Shown: positions 13,301 through 25,425 of the stretch, piece after piece | How the letters are laid out: each line of letters begins with the position of its first letter | Numbering within the stretch: position 1 is the first letter of the stretch | Assembly: GCA_964016885.1 (NCBI GenBank) | Contig: OZ024740.1 | Coordinates: forward strand, 113,584,001-113,648,000 | DNA: 64,000 nucleotides | DNA from: Eledone cirrhosa | Lineage: Eukaryota | Direction: 5' to 3' | Translations under genes and position numbers: made by a program | Notes under the pieces: generated by a model | The model's database searches: none | What the model saw: only the letters and a program-made list of their open reading frames with translations | What the model was told of the DNA's origin: nothing

Positions 13301-14188
13301 TTAATAAATAATAATAAGAAGAATTCGATTGTCATCTGCAAATTAAACAAAACCGAAAATGTAAACGAAAAAGTATCAAAACTACAAAAAAAAACAAAAA
13401 CATTTGAAATTTACTGACTGGAGGGTGCCGTTAAGTATATAATGGGTATATGTTAACACACGTGATTTGCGGTTATAGTGTAGGGCCCACGACTATATGA
13501 TTGTGAACCCGATTTACAGACGGGTCGGCTTTTTTTGTGCTTGAGAAAGACACTTTAATTCTCATTTATGCAGTCCAATCATTGAAAAATATATGAGTTG
13601 CGACAACACATATCAAGCTGTATTGGTCTTTACAATTCACTTGGAGAACATCCTTGCCCTGGAGAGGAGAGACTAGAATGCACGGGCGACTGCTGTACTT
13701 CAACAAAACATTTTCCAACTGCAAAACCTTCACCACTCATGACCGAATAGAACTTATTATTATTCAAAGCCTGAAGATTTAATGTAAAATTTGATAGTTT
13801 TGTTGAAACAAATAAATGCTCCAAATAATTTTCTCTCCCAAATAAAACCACCCCTGAAACTAAATGTTGACACAAGTGACAGTGTAATGATTAGCGTATT
13901 CTCTTCAAATGCCGCCGATAACCAAACCGATGTGCTTCCGGGAACGGTCTCGCTGTAATTTGAGCAAATATCTACTAATATATCCTTGGCTTACGAATAC
14001 GGTGTTTGCTGGTGTTTTGCCATGATCAAGACTAATTACGCAGACCTTTGATCAAAAGCAAGACATAAATGAGACACTCATTCTTAAAGGAATTTAGGTC
14101 TACATTTCGTAATGTCTTATTTCCTTTTCAATGAAGGACGGATATGGTAGGGACAAGAGACAGGATTTGGTAGACGGAAACGTGTGTG

Positions 14189-14231
<43 letters not shown>

Positions 14232-14236
<5 letters not shown>

Positions 14237-14348
14237 AAAATGTTTAACCCCGACGGCAGAGCTCAAGCCGTTTCGACGGCTATTTCTAGTCCAGAAATAC
14301 CCATCGAAACGGCTTGAGCTCTGCCGTCGGGGTTAAACATTTTCCTAT
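14232..14348. repeat. Fold-back palindrome with perfect 45 bp arms
   Basis: 14232-14276 is the exact reverse complement of 14304-14348. The spacer itself pairs (tatttct/agaaata). Abuts (TA)n. Confidence 0.93.
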
Positions 14349-14833
14349 TGCCCACTCTACTACCCTAAGTATTGAGTATTCTGGTGCGTTATGTTCCATC
14401 TAGTTCCTTGGCACACATATATATGTATATGTGTGTGTGTGTGTGTGTGTGTGAGTCTATGTTCAAAATTGATGTAGTATGCTAACATGAATCTATAAAC
14501 CCCATTACCACCACTACAAAAGTAAAAAACACAATGCTGCTCACAGCTTAGAAACATGAAGTTGCTTCTAGTGATGCAGTACAAACTTGCATGAAACGGT
14601 CAAAGAAATCATAATAAAAGAAATTAGTATATATCAAAATAAATATTTCCACAGACATGTATTTATTATTAAGCCATTAATAGTTGTAAATTATTTTACA
14701 AATAATACTTAACAGTGAATATTGATTAGATTTTGACAAAATAAATGGCAAACTTTCCAATATTTCTAACAGGGGATAGTAGCCATCATCATAATATTGG
14801 TTTTTGGTAATAGGTATATCAACAGACGGGTAT

Positions 14834-14876
14834 ACAGTCCTGATGAAGGGTAATGACCCAGAAACATGTTGATTGT
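14834..14876 (+). ncRNA. Minimal type I hammerhead ribozyme
   Basis: acagtc CTGATGA a gggt aatg accc a GAA ACATGT T gattgt. 6 bp stem I, 4 bp stem II, palindromic stem III. Confidence 0.85.
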
Positions 14877-14958
14877 TCTTCAAAGCCAGTTTTGAACAAA
14901 CAGGTGACGATCGGCAAGCTTCAAATCGGGCCCTTTGTTTACAAACGAATCGAACATT

Positions 14959-15144
14959 GATTGGCAGTATCGGTAGAGGGTCGGGCCCCATGCTTTGAAA
15001 CATAGAGTTACCTCCCTTTATGATCTGAGTCAAATCCCGCCGAGGTTAACTTTGCCTTTCATCCTTAGGGGGTCGATAAAATAAAGTACCAGTAATGCAC
15101 TGTGATAATTGCTGGCCTCGTGCCAAAAGTAGAAACAATTATTA
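14959..15144 (+). mobile_element. tRNA-derived SINE
   Basis: A box tggcagtatcgg, core and tail as in other copies. Confidence 0.9.
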
Positions 15145-15195
15145 GTGTTCGAAATAACCCATACGTACATGTATATGTGTGTGTGTGTACATATG

Positions 15196-15239
<44 letters not shown>

Positions 15240-15482
15240 TATGTATATATATATATATGTGTGTGTATGTGTGTATGTGTGTGTGTACGTGTGCATACTT
15301 ACATTTATGAGTCAGCCGAGAATTACATTTCTAATTTTGATTATATATATATATTTATATATAGGAGATTATTAAAATTTCAAGTTATCAATAATGTAGT
15401 GATAATATATCGTCACGTTAGAGATGAACAGCGTAAGTGTAGGTTTGCTCAACGAGTATAAATTATATTCCGGAGAAAATGT

Positions 15483-15544
15483 ATTAAGATTAATAGAGAA
15501 TGTTAATATGTAAATACATATTAACATTCTCTATTAATCTTAAT
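15483..15544. repeat. Perfect 30 bp-arm AT-rich palindrome
   Basis: attaagattaatagagaatgttaatatgta aa tacatattaacattctctattaatcttaat. Confidence 0.9.
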
Positions 15545-15961
15545 TCTATCAACTCTTCTATTCTTTACCATTTAATATAAACTGCTATAGATAAAACTTG
15601 ATTTCTTAATTCAATTCCCTAATGCATATACCAGTAGGCTACCAGCATTGTTGTTATACAGTAACAGTGAAAATCTCTCTCTTCCTTCCCGGGCACTTTA
15701 TAACTGTATTAATACTACTAGACCAAACGACCAGCCCTGTCCATTGTTCAATTGGTCAAATATAGATTAAAATAGGCACTCCCAAATATTCTTATTTAGG
15801 TAAAATAAGCCATATACTCATTGTATTCTCATTAAAAACCTTCTATATACTTGTTTACCAGCAAATTGAATTGCCATCTGTCATATACTATCCCGTCTCT
15901 TCTTCCTTTCTTACAACTAATATAAATACTTTAATTTTTCTGATTTTATCCAATTTATCCA

Positions 15962-16062
15962 ATATCTCTGAAGAAGTGACAACTGTTTATACATTTGCTA
16001 TCGAATACTTGCTAATATTATATGATTACGCAAGCATATGTTACAGAAACATATGTCAATAC
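15962..16062 (+). ncRNA. Hammerhead motif with branched or extended stem II, stem I eroded
   Basis: CTGAAGA a gtgaca ... tgttac a GAA ACATATGT C, followed by AATAAA, a T-rich tail and (TA)n. Stem I pairs only with a bulge. Confidence 0.55.
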
Positions 16063-16112
16063 CTAATAAATTCCTTTATAAAAGCACTTTCATTTTATAT
16101 TCATCTTTTCTA

Positions 16113-16170
<58 letters not shown>

Positions 16171-16176
<6 letters not shown>

Positions 16177-16935
16177 AACTTAGTCATGGCATACTTAGAA
16201 GTCCAGATTTATGAACAGTCCAAATCAAAATACGGATTGAACTTCCACAAATATTTATCAGATTGGAAACGTTACTTGGATGATTGTCTCATTCTTTGGC
16301 CGCACACACTCGACCAACTGAATGATTTGAAAAATTTAATAAACGGCATCAATAACCACATCCAATTCACAATGGAATACAGCCAAGATCACCTACCATT
16401 TCTGGACATCTTAATCTTAAAAAAAGACACACATATTGAAACTGACACACACTACAAACCAACAGATTCCAAACAATACCTGCGATTCACCTCCAACTAT
16501 CAAAAGCAGACGAAGACGAACATTCATTTTAACCTAGCAAGAAGAATTTGCACAATTGTCTCCAATTATGAAACGCAAAATAAAAGACTTCAAGAATTAA
16601 AGGAAATTCTACTCGAAAGACAGTACCCACCATTACTTATAAATAATGGAATAGAAAGGGCTAAAGTAATAGGCATTGATGAATTACGAAAACAGAAACA
16701 AATTCAAGGTACGTCCAATATTCTATCATATATCTCAACACATAACCCAAGAAATGCGGAAGCTTACAACACTATTCACAAGAACATCCCACTACTGAAA
16801 CAAGACCCAAGAATTAAAAAAGCCATTGAAACACACAAAATAATTAAAAGCAAAAGACAACCGAAATCACTGAAAACATTACTCACCTATGCTAAATTAC
16901 CTACCAGAAACCCAAAACAACTGTCAAAAAATGTC
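16171..16935 (+). mobile_element. Penelope-like element (probably Neptune group) reverse transcriptase, C-terminal half
   Basis: NLVMAYLE..WKRYLDD..IQFTME..LPFLD..YKPTDSKQYL..FNLARRICTI..RQYP..KRQPKSLKTLLT. 5'-truncated at (TA)n. The ORF-track N-terminus from 15871 is spurious. No GIY-YIG domain seen. Confidence 0.92.
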
Positions 16936-17438
16936 TACTTTCTTTATTTCAATAGAAAATCTGAACTCTGACACCCCAGCGATCTAGCCATATTAACTGA
17001 ACAAGAACAATTCTCCCAACCCATTTCTCTTGACCATTCTTTTGCTTGTCATAAAATTCTCTAAAAGGCTACAAAATAAATTCCCAAATACGGGCGCGAA
17101 ATTTAATGAACTTGTTCATGTGACAGCCATAATTTCATTTATAACCAATAAAATTACATTTAAAAAAAAAATCCTTCGTGAGCCCCTTTTTTTAAGTAAA
17201 AAGAAATTCAAACACTCATATATGAAAAAAAACAATCTGAGCCCCCCTCACACACACATTTGTTTGAAGATCTTTGTAACGCGAACCGGCGCGAAATTTA
17301 TTATACTTATTGACCAACCAATCAAATTACTTCTCTAAAAACCTGGCGTTTCGAGCCACTTTTTTCCATATAAAACAAGTAACATTCAAAGACCAACCAG
17401 ATGTGGGAAAAAACCACAGACCCTCTATCTCAACTCTA

Positions 17439-17475
17439 CTTTTGAGAAGCAGAAGAACTGCGAAACCGGTAAAAG
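17439..17475 (+). ncRNA. Decayed hammerhead in the probable 3' pLTR downstream of the Penelope RT
   Basis: cttt tgagaa gcag aagaa ctgc GAA ACCGGT A aaag. The CUGANGA box is damaged and the rest is intact. AATAAA and (TA)n follow. Confidence 0.55.
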
Positions 17476-17542
17476 GAACCAAATAAATATATATATTTAA
17501 AAAAAAATAAGACTCCAGTTGCATTTTCGATTTCATCTTTTT

Positions 17543-17606
<64 letters not shown>

Positions 17607-19364
17607 GGTTGTGTTAGGGCGAACACTTAAATTTTAGCTTTTGCTCAAGCCGGCCGATTGCTCTATAAGCAAATAAAGCTAATCAGCCTCTGTACATAGG
17701 TGTTAAAACTTTCGCCTATATTGAGTTCCATCAGAGAGCAGGGTAAAAAGGCATTGTCTTGATAACGACCAGAATCAGAAATGATGATCGGTCTCAGAGA
17801 ATTAGGCGCAAATGAAAAGAAGTACCAGATTCACAGTTGCCAGAAAATCGGTAGTAAACCTATAATAACGGATCTAAAACGCAGTGGACAATACAAAATC
17901 AAAATAAAAAAGAAAATATCAAGAAACACTGAAGGATTTGCATGGAATAAAAAGGTGCGATTAACAATAACAACAATCAAAACATTAATAAATAAGTACC
18001 AGAAGCCATAACAGTATAGAACAAGAAAATAACGAGAAGGTATCCCCAAATAGGTGAGGGAAATCTAGAGCAAACCTTACCAAACTCCGTTTCATTCTGA
18101 CACGCAAAAGGTATGTTCTTGTCCTAAGTCGCATATTTAAAGTAGACACATTTAACCATGCCATTTCGCCACTATCACCCATCTTTCATGAAATTTACTG
18201 AGAAGTAACATCTTCTTTCTACTCTAGCCTTCTTCTTTAGGTGATATTTATAGATGTTAGGGATATAGTACTATTATCATCACACTTTTCAGCACTCTCA
18301 CTTACTACTTTTGATAGCATATTTACGCTAAAGAATTGGAACATCAGTTTAACAAACATGGTAAAGGGAATCTAAAATAATGCCAAAAAAATGTAAAACT
18401 AAAACCACAATATTTCCGCATCATACATAAAAGTTTTAGTGTTTTACTTTGCTTTAGCCTTCACCACTAAGGCCGTGATGGAGCACTCTAAATAGCAAAT
18501 GCATTACGTAAATTACTTTCAATACAAGATCAACAAAGATACGCTCGGTTGTGCTTTGGAAGTTGGCTTTCCTTGATAATAGCAATAATTACGACGATGG
18601 TGTGTAGGATGTTAAATAAGATGGTGAAGTAATATTGCTGCATCAGGTTGAAAAATAAAGTAAAATAAAATAAAAATAAAAATAATACAAGAGGATCAGC
18701 AACAATGTAGCAACCACAACAACCACAAAAACTAAAGCAACTGCAGTAAGAACAAGAAAAACCACCACCAAGAACATCACCAGCAACAGCAGTAGCAGGA
18801 ACAGCAGTTTACGCACAGCAAAATCGAAATCTCATTAAAGCTTCATTGATTGAGAATTATTACTTGACTGGTTCATTACATTTTTGCAGCAAGTAGAAGA
18901 CAGATGATATGATGTTCATAACTAGTTTTACGTGTAAGATTGTTATTAACAGGGACTACATTACAGGGCGCTTTTTCTTTTGTTTTTCAATATTATTTAG
19001 TCACTTTATATTGTGTTACTGTTGCTGATGAGGTTATTTTTATATTATGTATTGTATAGAATATTAATCTGACGATTGAGAAGGCGAATTGTTTTCTGGA
19101 ATTTAAACGAAACCTAACACGATGTGATTAAGAAAAACAAAAGACGGATGAATATAGAAATAAAAGCCACCGAAAGACTGTCTAAGAGACACAACTAATA
19201 GTGCATTGGCTAATATAGTAGTATTAGATAGAAGATAAAGTAACAGGAAAGACGGGATGGTCATAGGTAGAACGCTTTTGATCTTACGTCTGTTCAGTCA
19301 GGAATGATTTGGACTTACGCAGTCCCAACAACAACACATATTTCTACTACTGATAATAATGATA

Positions 19365-19520
19365 TTTACTATAGACACAAGGCCATTTGGGGAGAAGGTA
19401 AAGTCGATTAAATCGCCTCCAGTGCATTACTGGTGCTATAAGTTATCGACCCCGTAAGGATGAAAAGCAAAGCTAATCTCGGCTGGTTTGAACTCAGAAC
19501 ATAAAGAGGCGTAAATATAA
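19365..19520 (-). mobile_element. tRNA-derived SINE, partial
   Basis: atcgaccccgtaaggatgaaaagcaaagctaatctcggctggtttgaactc core. Confidence 0.8.
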
Positions 19521-19636
19521 GGAGAAAACAAGCATTACAAAGGTAACATACCAATATTTTTTTGTTGTTATTATTGATATTTTGTCCGATCTACTATGCT
19601 ATAGCCTTCTATTACACATTCTATTCTATTAAAATG

Positions 19637-19725
<89 letters not shown>

Positions 19726-19925
19726 TATGTATATGTACATAGATATATGTATACAAACGTACAGTAGTGTGTATATATATACATACATGCACACATATAT
19801 ATATGTACGTATGGATTTACTGAACATTTATTACAATGCTCGGTTTGTTTGTAACAAACATCACGAATTAAGCGGTACAGTGTTTAGCAACCATCGATGA
19901 CCTTTTGTTCAACACTGACAAAGGA

Positions 19926-19968
19926 ACGATGTACTAGTTTCAAGCGTATTAGCTATCGTCAGCACCGT
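19926..19968 (-). ncRNA. Minimal hammerhead (family A)
   Basis: acggtg CTGACGA tagctaatacgctt GAA ACTAGT A catcgt. One stem II mismatch. Confidence 0.8.
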
Positions 19969-20510
19969 ATACCTTCCTGCCAGATGATTGAACGTCTGAA
20001 AGTATATACTTTCCTTATGCATATTAACGGCTGAGCAGCCTAATTTGCATATCGAGTGAGTTAATCGGCCGGGCACACCGAAAACGATAAATGGAAAGAA
20101 TGAAACGAAATTTCATTTCTCACTCTTAGTACGGCTGTTACTTAAATATAAGTATGTATACGTACATACATATATGTATACAGACCTACACATATGTTTG
20201 TTTACCAACAAACCGAGCATTGTAATAGATGTTCGGTAAATCCATACGTACATATATATATGTGCATGTATATATATATAGATACTACTGTATGTCTGTA
20301 TACATATATGTATGTACGTATACATACTTATATTTAAGTAAAAGCCGTACTAAGAGTGAGAAATGAAACTTCGTTTCATTTTTTCCATTTATCGTTTTAG
20401 GTGCGCCCGGCCGATTAACTCACTCGAAATGCAAATTAGGCTGCTCAACCGTTAATATGCATAAGGAAAGTATATACTTTCAGACGTTCAATCATCTGGC
20501 AGGAAGGTAT

Positions 20511-20553
20511 ACGGTGCTGACGATAGCTAATAAGCTTGAAACTAGTACATCGT
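20511..20553 (+). ncRNA. Minimal hammerhead (family A)
   Basis: acggtg CTGACGA tagctaataagctt GAA ACTAGT A catcgt. Confidence 0.85.
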
Positions 20554-20790
20554 TCCTTTGTCAGTGTTGAACAAAAGGTCATCGATGGTTGCTATACATA
20601 CTTATATATATATATATATAAATCATTTTTATAGAATAGAATGTATAATAGAAGGCTATAGCAAAGTAGATCGGACAAAATATCAATAATAACAAAAAAA
20701 AAATCGGTTTGTTTGTAAACAAACAGCCCGAATTACGCCGTACAGCGCTCGGCAACAATCGTCGCCCTTTTGTTCAACACTGACACAGGA

Positions 20791-20833
20791 ACGATGTTCT
20801 AGTTTCAAGCTTATTAGCTATCGTCAGCATCGT
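20791..20833 (-). ncRNA. Hammerhead (family A) with mutated cleavage triplet
   Basis: acgatg CTGACGA tagctaataagctt GAA ACTAGA A catcgt. GUA has become GAA, so it is predicted inactive. Confidence 0.75.
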
Positions 20834-22967
20834 ATACCTTTCTGTCAGATGGTTGAACTTCTGAAAGTATATACTTTCCTTATGCATATTAACGGTTGAG
20901 CAGCTTAATTTGCATATCGAGTGAGTTAGTCGGCCGACCATACCAAAAACGATAAATGGAAAAAATGAAAGGAAATTTCATTTCTCACTCTAAGTACGGC
21001 TGATATATATATATATATATATTCTGATTTCCAGCTTGCTTGTTTTATTCTCCCATAAACACTGGTATAAACCGCAAGCTATCTTTAAAAAATCTACATA
21101 TTTCTTCTTTCGATTCTTAAAAAAAAATCTCTGAATTCATTCCAACATCTAATTGATAAAAAAACCCAGTGCATTTTATTTTATGAGGATGATAGTCCAT
21201 GATGTTTTAGCACAGAAATCAGAACTATCAGGAAAAGAATTCATACTTGTCTTTAGTTAAGTGATTTGCTAATATGAATCCAAATGTTTGAATGTGGGTT
21301 TAAACTCAATACGTTTTACAGAATAACTTCAAAAAAGATTTCAATCATGCATTCTTGACGAAAATAACATAAATATTTTTCAGGACTCATTCCGACGATG
21401 CTGGAAAAGAACAATAGATTAAAATCTAGACAGGTCAAACCCAATAATGTTATTGTAGGATGATATACATGCACTAAATCCCAATATTTGTTTTAAATAC
21501 TTTGTATGTGAGTCTAGTTTTATAGATATATCAATGGAGGTTTATAGATGAAACTGACTGTTTATTCACCAATTGCCTTTCTCTTAAAGTGTAACCTACG
21601 CATTCACTTTAACACACATGCCATTGACCTAGTCTCGCAGAAAATTGCCAAATCACTCTCAAGTCCACTGTAATGTCTTATATCGGAAGTTTTCAATTAT
21701 ATGTATTTTTTTATAGTGTTTAGTTAGGAAAGAAAAAGTAGTGTCCCTTTCAATCTCTCCAAGGCTGTTGAAATGTAACAATTCCTAGATGCAATATATC
21801 TGAAAAAAAAGACATGATAGTTACAACTGGAATTGTATATCTTATGCTTGTATAAGATCATACCTGACATAGAACTCCACACGTCAATAGCAATGACAGT
21901 AAATATCAACGAAATATCACACAAATCACATACCGTCTTCCAAAAAGTGAAAGGCATATTGTATAATATATAAATAGGTATCCACGAAAAGACAGGATGG
22001 TTATGGTTGGAATACTTTTTTCTCCATGAGCTTACTTGATTAGGTTTTAATCTAGAGCTGAATGACAATGACAGCGGAGACAAAGGTGTGATTTGATGAG
22101 AATTTGGCGGGCATGTCTTATAAGTGGAACGGCCATATAGGAGGCCTTTCGTTGGCAGGTTTTTCTTCATGAAAAAAATTAAGGTTCATATAAAACTACA
22201 AGAGTTTCTCTGGTGGCGTCTCAATGATAATTTAACTATAGCACAATTATCTAGCATTAATTAACCTGATTAAATAAATTATTGACGCGATAGCCATAGG
22301 TGTTTTTTGATTCTATGGTTTACTATAAGATTATCCATTGTATCAATGCGTGTGTAATTAAGAATAATTGGATGGACTGTACAGTCATAAACGACTATTT
22401 GTTTGTTTATATAGTTTCACCATGGACATAAAACTATTCTAGAGTTTCAACGTATTGCGTTCTTATCAGTAGCTGCATACGCTCATTGTAACTGACCAAT
22501 ATGATAGTGTTTACGTTTCTAAAATATATCTAATTAATTTTGATTAGTTAACACATACAATAATGACTAAAATCTATGAGTTTGTCCTATACTATTCTAT
22601 AACATAATTAATGTGAGCACATTACTAATGTAGTTTATCTGTTGGTTTTTAGATATCTGTTGGATGATAAAAGTAGATTTAAAACTACAATCTGGTATTA
22701 ATTATAAACACTCGAAGGTTATGTATTGTTTTCATCTAAACTGATTATTATAAATACATATGGGAGAATATGCGGAGCCATTGACGTGATACGAACAATT
22801 AATACTCGCTTTGCTAGATTACAACACTATCGATTTGATTAACTGCTAGTCTATATAATATATAGACACGTGAATATAAACATTGTAGTGAAACTTCTTC
22901 CCAAATGGCTCGTTATTTTGTTATTGATCAGCACTTACTCGACCGCAAAGGAAATAACGTATATAAC

Positions 22968-23056
<89 letters not shown>

Positions 23057-23059
<3 letters not shown>

Positions 23060-23317
23060 AGGATATTTTCGAAACAGCGAGTGCGTTTGAAATTATTAGA
23101 AATGTAAGCTAGCGCCGTATTTTGACTAAAGAAATTAAAGAAATTATTTAGCCTGATAGTGGGGTTAGGAACCCTCGGAGAAATGGAAAAAGATGAGTAT
23201 GTACGTCAATACTCATCTTTTTCCATTTCTCCGAGGGTTCTTAACTCCACTATCAGGCAAAATAATTTCTTTAATTTCTTTAGTCAAAATACGGCGATAG
23301 CTTACATTTCTAATAAT
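23057..23317. mobile_element. Family C element, fold-back with 109 bp arms
   Basis: 23092-23200 pairs with 23209-23317, loop gtacgtca. Homologous to 57256-57600. Flanked by (TA)n. Confidence 0.88.
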
Positions 23318-23327
23318 ATATATATAT

Positions 23328-23608
23328 ATATTTATTAAAATAACAGATTAAAGTTTAAGCAAAGAATCGCTGGTTTCACCCTTAACGGGATCTTAAGATC
23401 CCTTTAAGGGTGAAAGCAGCGATTCTTTGCTTAAACTTTAATCTGTTATTTTAAGCAAAGAATCGTTGGTTTCACCCTTAACGGGATCTTAAGATCCCTT
23501 TAAGGGTGAAAGCAGCGATTCTTTGCTTAAACTTTAATCTGTTATTTTAATAAATATTTGCTCTACGGTTCTTATATATTTGATTTTAGTCTTCAAATTT
23601 ATTATTAT

Positions 23609-23612
<4 letters not shown>
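23328..23612. repeat. 120 bp palindrome duplicated in tandem (96 bp period)
   Basis: Centres at 23394/23395 and 23490/23491 (gggatctt|aagatccc). The tail is related to ~1758-1800 (inverted) and ~2341-2370. Confidence 0.88.
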
Positions 23613-23647
<35 letters not shown>

Positions 23648-24084
23648 TAAATACACATGCACATAAATACACACACACACACACACACATACATGCTTAC
23701 TAAATATAATGTTTAGGATAATTTATTTAAGTAAACGTTCATCATATTTAGCAAAAGTGAAATGCTATTTTCGCCCTGAACAATTTCAGTTCGCTTCATG
23801 AGATATAGCAATTACATGAAAGTATGTAGTTAACATCAAAAGAAGGCTATGGTAAATACGAAGAAGTGTTGCACTGTTGGTGGTTCATTGAAAATGAATA
23901 AAATATATTTCAAGTGGTGTTATTGAAATGAATAAATAAAAAAATATGAAATAATATGTTTTAGAGTCGTTGTCGTTCAGAACTAATTTTCTACATCCGT
24001 TTGATGAAATATCTCAGGATTACTCAGATGCTTCCAATTCTATTATTAAAACACTATACATTCAAACAAATGTAAGCATTGCAT

Positions 24085-24247
<163 letters not shown>

Positions 24248-24439
24248 AATGAATTTAACATTCGAGTGATAATACATCTGACCTTAGTTAGATTAAAAGA
24301 AAATTCTCTTATTGAAATTCTCTGTGGAATATCTGTAAAAGTGTATTTGATTTCCAAATAGAATTTACAGTGTACTCCTGTGTTTATTGTTAACCCTCCG
24401 TGGCGTGATTCATGATATGATATACCCCTGTATTATGAA

Positions 24440-25425
24440 TCACACTCTGTTTGTACCACAGCTGAATTAATAGCAGCCCATGAATACCAATTGCTATATG
24501 CCAGTGAGCATTATGCAATGTAATATCTGCAAAATTCTATCGGAGATATCAAATTATCTTACTTCTGTTCTAAGTGACTAAACGCCACTGAAGATAGATA
24601 AAACATTACTGTGTTGGCTGTGACAAGATCACAGCTTTAAATGCTCACTGCGAGATTTACATCTGCTTATTATACATAAACATACTGTATATTCAAGATC
24701 GATAAAAATGTACCAGTTTAGTACTGGGGTCAATTCCTCCTCTATATCTCTTTCTCACTTTCATTCTCTCGCACTTTTTCTCCTTCTCAGGAAGAAATCT
24801 GTTGTATTCAGAGATGGGTTCCGCAAGTTTAAAGGTCCACTAGAAATGCTATATATCAATATGGCATCCCTATGGCCCCTCGGAAGTTACGGAACTAGAA
24901 ACTAGATATGACCCCATATACACCAGTTTAATACCAGCCCATCAATGCCCAGTACATTATGCAAATGAACATATTTACAAAAATGTAATATTTGCAAAAA
25001 TGTGTATAAGCAATCAGATTAGTATTTCTCACTCTCATAGGGCTACTGAAGTACTGTGACATGATTATAGCTTAAAACAGTCACCATGAGTTTAACGCAA
25101 AAAAAAGATATATGTCTTAAATGACACTGTGTTAATGCTAGTATTAATTGATATCAGCTCATCACGCCCCTACATTGTGCAATTAAGCATTTTCATAAAT
25201 AATCTATACAATCTACTAGATTATTTTGCCTTCGTGCCGAAACCTTACTGAAGACGCATAGAAATCATGAAATGTTAGTATTTGGTGTTCTCATGCAGTC
25301 ACTGTGGTATATATGACATAATCACAGCTTAAAATACCTACAGCACGACCTACCTATGTATGCTTATTGTATATAAACATAGTGTATATACACCTCTAAT
25401 ATTAATCACGCTGTGCTAGTGCTAA
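24440..25425. repeat. Old degenerate tandem repeat, three ~220-280 bp units
   Basis: Ordered motifs cagc(c/t)cat, catt(a/g)tgcaa, actgaag and tgaca..at.a.agctt recur from ~24474, ~24935 and ~25155. Confidence 0.6.

Larger units (their letters stand above)
19559..21002. mobile_element. Family A array: three hammerhead-bearing units (-,+,-) with nested inverted repeats
   Basis: Monomer period 427 bp (ataagtatgt at 19721 and 20148). ~20195-20594 is inverted. 19559-19640 is inverted at ~20620-20703. Confidence 0.85.

Noticed and set aside
15871-16170. N-terminal 100 codons of the 366 aa ORF
   Set aside because: Read-through of non-coding pLTR-like DNA and (TA)n. RT similarity starts only at ~16171.
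19069-19125. CTGACGA...GAAAC
   Set aside because: No UH triplet with pairing stems I and III.
22439-22475. Minus-strand CTGATAA..aacg/cgtt..GAAACTC
   Set aside because: Core G8 is mutated and stem III is missing. Too decayed to call.
23335-23557. CRISPR-like array
   Set aside because: Eukaryotic context, only two units, no unique spacers and no cas genes.
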